DNA of 64,000 bases from Candidatus Latescibacterota bacterium (GTDB lineage Bacteria > Latescibacterota > UBA2968 > UBA8231), in the NCBI GenBank assembly GCA_965248265.1, contig CBDFJF010000001.1:352001-416000 (forward strand), read 5' to 3'. Within the stretch, counting starts at the first letter, position 1, and the number at the start of each line of letters is the position of its first letter. Both the position numbers and the translations under genes were made by a program. This document shows positions 57,946-64,000 of the stretch, one piece after another. The notes under the pieces were generated by a model, which was not told the origin of the DNA, made no database searches, and saw nothing but the letters and a program-made list of their open reading frames with translations.

Positions 57946-58893
57946 TCAGCTTGTTGCCCGGGGATTAGAGAGAGCAGTGGTTGTGTCCTCTTGCCAGCGG
58001 TGGTGCTCTATTTTTCTGCCTTCCTTTTCCGCCAGAGCTTCGGCGTCCAGTGCCTTCTCCCACATTCGCACCCACTCTCCGTGATCGGTCAGCACAGAGT
58101 CCGGATTGGAGCCACTGCGAACAACGAAGTCCGGGTAGAAGGACCTGCCAGAGGGGGTCCCTGGCTTCTGGTAACGCAGGTCCATACTCCATCGTATCCC
58201 ATTCGAACGGTTCTCGGTTGAACGATGGGGAATCTGTTTGTCCATCAACAGCACTGAGCCCTTCTCCATCTCCAGAACGAGAGGCTCGATATCGGGCATC
58301 TCATGGTCAACGATGACGGTTCCCGTTCCCTCCACTTTGATGTGCTCCAGAAGGCCCTTGCCGTGGGTGCGCGGCAGGATCTGCAGACAACCATTCTCCA
58401 GTGTGGAGTCCGTCATCGGCAGCCACACCGTGAGAATTAAATGCGGGTCCGATTCGTCGAGGATGACGCCCATGTCCTGATGCCAGGCAGCTACGTGGCC
58501 AAAGGGACCCGACATCAGCCGGGTGGGCAGCTTGGCCCGCAGGTGCTGGACGGGGTTGCAGGTGATTTCCGGCCCCACGATCCCCTCCACGATGTCCAGC
58601 AAATTCGGGTTTCCCAGGAATTCAAAAGCCGACTTGGCTCGAAGCCTATAGATATCCATTTCCGGGTAGATATCCATGCTCTCCTCGCAGATGAGTGCCA
58701 GTCGCTTGTCGAATGGCGCCTCTTCGTGGAGTTGGGTGATCTTCCCATCGGCCAGCAGCTCGCGGGCACGACGATCGATGTGCACCTCGTATTCGGCGAT
58801 CACCGGATCGATGTCGGCGTCGTCAAGGGCGTTCTCGACGATAATGAACCCACTCTCTTCAAACTGTTCGATTTGTCTGGCGCTGAGTTGCAT
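57946..58893 (-). CDS. Phytanoyl-CoA dioxygenase (PhyH) family protein
   Basis: FEESGF, WHQD, VWLP...T.ENGCL, HRS..N and RWSMDLRY. Confidence 0.9.
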   Translation of the reverse strand: MQLSARQIEQFEESGFIIVENALDDADIDPVIAEYEVHIDRRARELLADGKITQLHEEAPFDKRLALICEESMDIYPEMDIYRLRAKSAFEFLGNPNLLDIVEGIVGPEITCNPVQHLRAKLPTRLMSGPFGHVAAWHQDMGVILDESDPHLILTVWLPMTDSTLENGCLQILPRTHGKGLLEHIKVEGTGTVIVDHEMPDIEPLVLEMEKGSVLLMDKQIPHRSTENRSNGIRWSMDLRYQKPGTPSGRSFYPDFVVRSGSNPDSVLTDHGEWVRMWEKALDAEALAEKEGRKIEHHRWQEDTTTALSNPRATS

Positions 58894-59071
58894 TGTCCGT
58901 CTCCGTTTGGAAATTCGGTTGTCCAATAATGGGGCCAACGGCCACTCTTGTCAGGCCCCAAACAGGGCGCGACGCTGGCCGTGATGGGTTTGGTCTCGAA
59001 ATCGGTTATTTTCATGTCGTCATCCGCATCAGCACGTTACATCAAGCAGTCCACTACGAGATCACAGGACA

Positions 59072-60678
59072 ATGCCCCATGGACACCCCGTCACGGCTCC
59101 TCCAGACTACGGAATCATCTTCAACCACGACGGTACCTTCCACGGGCTGTCGGAGTACCCGTAACAAGTCGGTGACTTGCTCAACAAGGTGTATGGACCA
59201 CTCGAGGAGACCCAGGTGGGCGCCATGTTCTGGTGCGTCGGCACCGACGAGGCGCGCTGGCCGTCAGAAAAGTTGCCGATGGACGGCGACGCCGAGGAGC
59301 GCTGGTACTCGTCTGTCAAGGGGATGCGGCGCTCTGAACGTGTTCGCGCCATGTTCGAGCGCGGCGACGATCTCTACGGCTCGATGGTGCGCCGCGGCCA
59401 CGAGCTGGGCATGGATGTCTTCGTCTCCTTGCGTATGAACGACAACCACTTCTGGTCCGATTCGGCGCGCAAAGCCCCTCCCCTCGCTCCGGAGGAGATG
59501 GCGCAGACGACCCGGCCACACTTGACTCAGTTTCGCAAGGACCACCCCGAATGGGTGCTCGGCATCGGCAATGCGCCACGGTGGGCGGTAACATCGTGGA
59601 ACATGGCGATTCCTGAAGTGCGGGAGCACTCCTTGATTCGCATCCGCGAGGCCTGCGCTCAAGCCGACTGGGACGGCATCGAGATCGACTGGCAGCGCCA
59701 CGCGTTCCACTTGCCCGAGCACGACGCCTATCGCCTGCGCTACACGCTTACCGACTTCATGCGCGCCGTCCGCAACGTAACCGACGAGTTCGCCGACAAA
59801 CGCGGCCGGCCGTTCTATTTGGCGGTACGGGTCGGCGCCTCCCGCGAGACCAACCGACGCATCGGCTACGACGTCGAGACGTGGATAGCGGACGGTCTGT
59901 GCGACATCGTCGCGACGAACGCCAACTCAGGTACAGACCCCGGGGTCGAGGTCGACGAGTACGTGGCGATGATGGAGGGCACGAACGTCAGGCTGTATCC
60001 CGGGTACGATAGCCACGGCGAGTTTGGCACAGGCCATCTGGTTTCGGCGAATCCCTGGCGAGAGGCGTGGTTCCGCGGACTCACCAAGGGCTACTACGAC
60101 CGCGGGGCCTCGGGCGTTCACCTGTTCAACTGGCAACGCCAGGCCAACACGCTCAGGCCCTGCTGGAGACCCTTGGCTCGCGGAGGACCCTGGAGGGGTG
60201 CAGCAAGATCTACGTCACTGTCAAGCGCCACATCCGCGACAAATCCGAGATCCGATATGGCGCAGAGAGAGATGACCGACTCCTGGGTGAAGTGCCGGTC
60301 GAGCTCCACAGAACGATCACGGGGATCGGTCCGACCTTCCGTGTCAGCGTCTACGACGACGTTGTCGCCGCGGCTGACGCCGGCACGCTGGACAGCGCCG
60401 AGCTCCAGATTGACCTCAACCACTGGTCGCCATCAGATCGTTTCAAGGTCAACCTCGATGGTGACGAACTTGCCGCCGGGAAACCGGTTTCTCCCGCTTC
60501 CAGGGACATCACCGACCCCAGCGATGTCGCCGAAAACACATGGCTCGTCTGGGTTTTGCAACCCGAGCAGGTTGCCTACGGAGCGCACGGGATCGAAGTC
60601 GTCCTGCTCGAGCGCGACCCCCGAATCCGCGTCCCCGTCGTCATCGACAACGTCGAGATCCACATCAACTATGCATGA
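59072..60678 (+). pseudogene. Glycosyl-hydrolase-like (GHL10-type TIM barrel) gene with two lesions
   Basis: IIFNHDG start, in-frame TAA at 59162-59164, SLRMNDNH, DGIEIDWQRH and GVHLFN. A 1-nt frameshift near 60160 moves into the frame ending EIHINYA. Confidence 0.75.
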
Positions 60679-60741
60679 AGGAGCGCCCCTTGGCCACTGC
60701 GCAACACCCCTGAAACGGTGACGAAACTGTCGGAGTGTACG

Positions 60742-61689
60742 ATGGCCACCGATGATCTCATGGAACGCATTGCTCGAGCGCCGATGATGTGTGATGGCGC
60801 CATGAAAACACAGCTTGTGGAGCAGGGTTTAAATCGAGGCTTGATCTCCGACAAGCAGATGAGCTTCAGCACGGGGTATTGGAACGTCGATCACCCCGAA
60901 GTGGTTGACGCGGTTCATCGAGATTATCTGGACGCCGGTTGCGAGCTGATCCTCACCAATACGTTCAAGATCAGCTCTTTCCATGTTTTGATGTGGGACC
61001 GAGTCAAGACCCTTACCGAGGCGGCTCGTGTCAGCGTCAAGCTGATTGAAGCGGCCACGAAGATCGCCCGCGGTGTCTGTCGTGATGACGCCTGGGTGCT
61101 CGGAGACATCGGTCACTGCATCAGCCAAATGCCAGGGTTTGTTCGTCCGGAAAGAGAAGTATTGCGCGAGGAATACAAACGACAGGCTCAAGCCATGCGC
61201 GATGCGGGGGCTGACGCGATCATCGTGGAGTACATGGCAGACCCCCTGGAGTTGGCCGCGGCTGTTGAAGTTTCAAAGCAAGTCGCCGACTGGCCAGTCA
61301 TGGCAACGCCGGTGTACACCAATCACGGAACCGATACTCATCGGGACTACCGGACGCATCGCTCGGTTCATGCCGATGAGGTCGCAGGCGTGAGCCTCGA
61401 CGAAATGACCCGTGTCGCCATTGAATCCGGAGCCGACGTCGTCGGGGCACACTGCGGTCACTCACTCGATGTGTCGGATTACCTGGCCATTGCGGAACAG
61501 ATCCTCGCCTCACCCCATCGCCCCGCGCAAACGCCGGTGTTGATCCAACCGAACGGGTCTGAGACGGGCAAGCCGCTCGCCGAATCGGTCACTCGATTCC
61601 TCGATCTGGGTGTACGTATTCTAGGCGGATGCTGTGGCACAACCCCCATAGACTTACGTGTTATGTCTGAGACGATGCGCGAGCACTGA
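60742..61689 (+). CDS. Homocysteine S-methyltransferase family protein
   Basis: DGAM.TQL, HRDYLDAG...I.TNTF, GAHC, QPN and GGCCGTTP. Confidence 0.88.
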   Translation: MATDDLMERIARAPMMCDGAMKTQLVEQGLNRGLISDKQMSFSTGYWNVDHPEVVDAVHRDYLDAGCELILTNTFKISSFHVLMWDRVKTLTEAARVSVKLIEAATKIARGVCRDDAWVLGDIGHCISQMPGFVRPEREVLREEYKRQAQAMRDAGADAIIVEYMADPLELAAAVEVSKQVADWPVMATPVYTNHGTDTHRDYRTHRSVHADEVAGVSLDEMTRVAIESGADVVGAHCGHSLDVSDYLAIAEQILASPHRPAQTPVLIQPNGSETGKPLAESVTRFLDLGVRILGGCCGTTPIDLRVMSETMREH

Positions 61690-61708
61690 GAAAACCAGCC
61701 CGGTCTGC

Positions 61709-62038
61709 CTACGCAGCCCAGTGGAACACTTCGGGCAAGCCCTCCGGATAGGGGTTGGCAGCATCGTAGTCTTCGCCCTCTGCATTCTCCATGATGGGTG
61801 CCATATATTCCTCCCACTTGACGGATTCCGGGCTGGCCTCGAGTATGCGACTGGCCTCGGCATAGTCATCGACTTCCATGTACAGGAATAGTTGCTGGTC
61901 AAACATGAAAATGCTCATCTTGTGGATGCCGGCGCGTCGCATGTCTTTCTGGATTTCGGGCCATATGTTGTCGTGACGCCGGATGTACTCCTGCTCCTGA
62001 CCTTTTTTAACCCTCATCGCCAGAGCGATCCTGTCCAT
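61709..62038 (-). CDS. rhaM: L-rhamnose mutarotase family protein
   Basis: EYIRRHDNIWPE, GI...SIF, LFLY.E, KW..YM and EVFH. Confidence 0.85.
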   Translation of the reverse strand: MDRIALAMRVKKGQEQEYIRRHDNIWPEIQKDMRRAGIHKMSIFMFDQQLFLYMEVDDYAEASRILEASPESVKWEEYMAPIMENAEGEDYDAANPYPEGLPEVFHWAA

Positions 62039-62186
62039 CGAGTGTTCTCCCCGTTATCTGGAAGTCATCTGGTTACTGGGCTACAACAGTACTAATCTGT
62101 GAAAGGCGGAACCATCCCGTGCACACGATCTTTCGGTTGCCCGATTCAGACGAAGAGTTCGCCATGAGTGGCGACCACCTGGCCAA

Positions 62187-63389
62187 ATGGGAAAAGTGAC
62201 CGAAGCCAGCGGCAGGTACAAGGAGGTCTGCGGCCAGATCGACGCCGAGGCCATTGCCTGTGATACGCTGGAGTTCGTGCGAGTGCAGAGCGAGACTGGA
62301 GCGGAGGCTGAGGGCAGCCGTTTTATGGCGGATTTGCTGGATCGAGAGGGTTTTGACGTTCGCTTCGACGAAGTCGAACCAGGGCGCCCCAACGTGTACA
62401 GCACGATCGAAGGCGCGACAGCCGATGGACGCGCCCTCGCCTTCAACGGTCACACCGACACCATTCCGATCGGGATCTCCTCTCCACCGGAACGCGACGG
62501 GGATTGGGTGGTCGGGCGCGGCGCCGAGGACATGAAGGGTGGCCTGGTGGCCATGGTGCACGCCGCCGCCGCCCTGCGCAAGGCCGGGGTGCAGCTGGAA
62601 GGCGCCCTATCGATGACGGGCGTCGTCGGCCACGAGACGCCGATCGGCAAGAAGGAAGGCCCCAAGAGATTGATCGAGCATTTGCGGTCGGGGGCGATCG
62701 CCGCTGACGGAATCATCATCGTCGAAGGCCCCAGGGCGATCTGGTCGGCAAGCCTGGGGTCAACGATCTTCACGGTGAAGATTTCGACGGACCGCGGGCC
62801 GATCCACACGATCAAAGTCCCGTATGCGGAAAATCCGGCTCTGTGGGCGGGTAGGCTGTTGGCCGAGTTCGCCAACCTGGAACAGGATTTCGCGACGGCT
62901 GAAGAGCACCCCTTGTGCGGTCGCGAACAGATCAACGTCGGACTCCTGCATGGTGGGGATTATTTCAACCGGCTGCCGACCGAAGTCGCCGTAACCGGGA
63001 CGCGCCGCTGGACCCCCGGCAAGACCTTTGCCGAGGTCACATCGCAATTGAAACAACTGTGCGACCAGTTGGCGAATGAATCGGGGCTTGCCTTCGAACT
63101 CGAACTTGAAGGCAATCGCGAGCCGTTCGAAACACCTCCGGATCATCCCCTGGTCGTAGCACTGCGGGGGGCCAGTGAGAATGTAGCAGGCGTGCCAGCA
63201 GACCGGATCGGCATGGGGCTGGTCGGCGACGCCAACCTGTACGTCAACGACGGCGGTGTGCCCACCGTCTACTACGGGCCCGCTCACGAGACCGCCCACT
63301 CCGACCATGAGCGAGTCTCAGTCACCAACCTGGAACATTGTGCCAGAGTCTATGCTCTCAGCGCCATGGAGTTTTGTGGCGTGAAGTGA
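62187..63389 (+). CDS. M20/M25/M40 metallohydrolase (ArgE/DapE-like)
   Basis: GRPNV, NGHTDT, GRGAEDMKGG and YGP....AHSDHERV. Confidence 0.9.
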   Translation: MGKVTEASGRYKEVCGQIDAEAIACDTLEFVRVQSETGAEAEGSRFMADLLDREGFDVRFDEVEPGRPNVYSTIEGATADGRALAFNGHTDTIPIGISSPPERDGDWVVGRGAEDMKGGLVAMVHAAAALRKAGVQLEGALSMTGVVGHETPIGKKEGPKRLIEHLRSGAIAADGIIIVEGPRAIWSASLGSTIFTVKISTDRGPIHTIKVPYAENPALWAGRLLAEFANLEQDFATAEEHPLCGREQINVGLLHGGDYFNRLPTEVAVTGTRRWTPGKTFAEVTSQLKQLCDQLANESGLAFELELEGNREPFETPPDHPLVVALRGASENVAGVPADRIGMGLVGDANLYVNDGGVPTVYYGPAHETAHSDHERVSVTNLEHCARVYALSAMEFCGVK

Positions 63390-63419
63390 GTGACCACTTT
63401 CAACTCTCAAGGAGAAACC

Positions 63420-64000
63420 ATGGCAGATACCAAAGCCCTGCTGGCCGAACTGGCCAAAGTCGATACACCATCCGTCACCAACGTCGTAGCGACCTATCCG
63501 AAAAATCCACTTTGTCTGGGGCTCTACAATCCGTGGACTGAAAACTGGTACACCGATCAGACGGTCAAGTGCATGTACCCGGAGCTTGGAGCCCGGGTGG
63601 GGTTCGCGGTGTCCTGCGTCTTCGGCATGCCCGATCCAAGTTTCAGCCGCCTGACATTCATGGATGTACTGGACGTCATGGAGGCGTCTCCGCAGCCGAC
63701 GATTCTGGCTCTGGAACAGAAGTACCCGCCTGAAATTCAGGGCAAGGTGGGGCTGGCGGGTGGCGTGATGACGACGATGATGAAGACGATGGGCTGCCTG
63801 GGAGTTGTCTCCAACGGTCCGTCCAGAGACATCGACGAGATCCGGCCGATGGGGTTTCAGTACCTGCTGAGCGGCATTACCGCCGGCCATGGGGACATGG
63901 CGGTGCATTCGGTCAACACCCCCGTGCATATCGCTGGCATGGATGTGTCGCCCGGCGAGATCATCCACATGGATGAGAACGGCGCCTGCAAGTTTCCGGC
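63420..64000 (+). CDS. RraA/HMG-aldolase family protein, runs off the window
   Basis: RBS AAGGAG; DTPSVTN, GLAGG.MT, GVVSNGPSRDIDEI and PGEIIHMDENG; no stop before the window end. Confidence 0.85.
   Translation, partial: MADTKALLAELAKVDTPSVTNVVATYPKNPLCLGLYNPWTENWYTDQTVKCMYPELGARVGFAVSCVFGMPDPSFSRLTFMDVLDVMEASPQPTILALEQKYPPEIQGKVGLAGGVMTTMMKTMGCLGVVSNGPSRDIDEIRPMGFQYLLSGITAGHGDMAVHSVNTPVHIAGMDVSPGEIIHMDENGACKFP

Noticed and set aside
58800-59015. ORF beginning MKITDFETKPIT, resembling an enolase-superfamily N-terminus
   Set aside because: Similarity is limited to about 10 residues and the ORF runs into the PhyH gene; at most a remnant.
60160-60721. Ser/Thr/Pro-rich tail of ORF 59177-60721
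   Set aside because: Out-of-frame read-through after a frameshift; the protein-like continuation is in the frame ending at 60678.
1-64000. CRISPR array, cas genes, rRNA or prophage
   Set aside because: No regularly spaced repeat-spacer array, rRNA-like tract or phage structural genes were recognised.

Overview
GC-rich bacterial chromosomal window. The gene content (SprA-like T9SS translocon, decayed T9SS C-terminal-domain remnants, PhyH/enolase/GHL10-like catabolic genes) suggests an FCB-group organism such as Ca. Latescibacterota; this is inference only. The standout feature is a tightly coupled minus-strand operon at 5620-12646: an NtrC-family sigma54 activator, FliM without its CheY-binding peptide, FliN, a FliN-FGE/C-lectin-fold fusion, and a FliG-GAF-hybrid histidine kinase fusion in which the FliG torque domain is replaced by a kinase. 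Upstream lie a sigma54 -24/-12 element and two TGT-N12-ACA boxes. A full-length orphan fliG with its own sigma54-like promoter sits at 32404-33444, and no other flagellar gene is present in the window. This looks like a flagellar C-ring repurposed as a cytoplasmic signalling complex. The rest comprises: a pseudogene-rich accessory tract (about 12.9-22.3 kb) ending at tRNA-Asp; a core region (def, larE, ATP-grasp protein, LysM amidase, selA, lptFG, sprA, comEA, pilM-like, coaD, obgE, dprA); a divergent feoAB / porin-FMN-binding cluster with 20-bp-periodic metal-repressor-like boxes; a complete IS630 element; and a second catabolic accessory tract. All family assignments are from motif recognition by eye; no searches were run.
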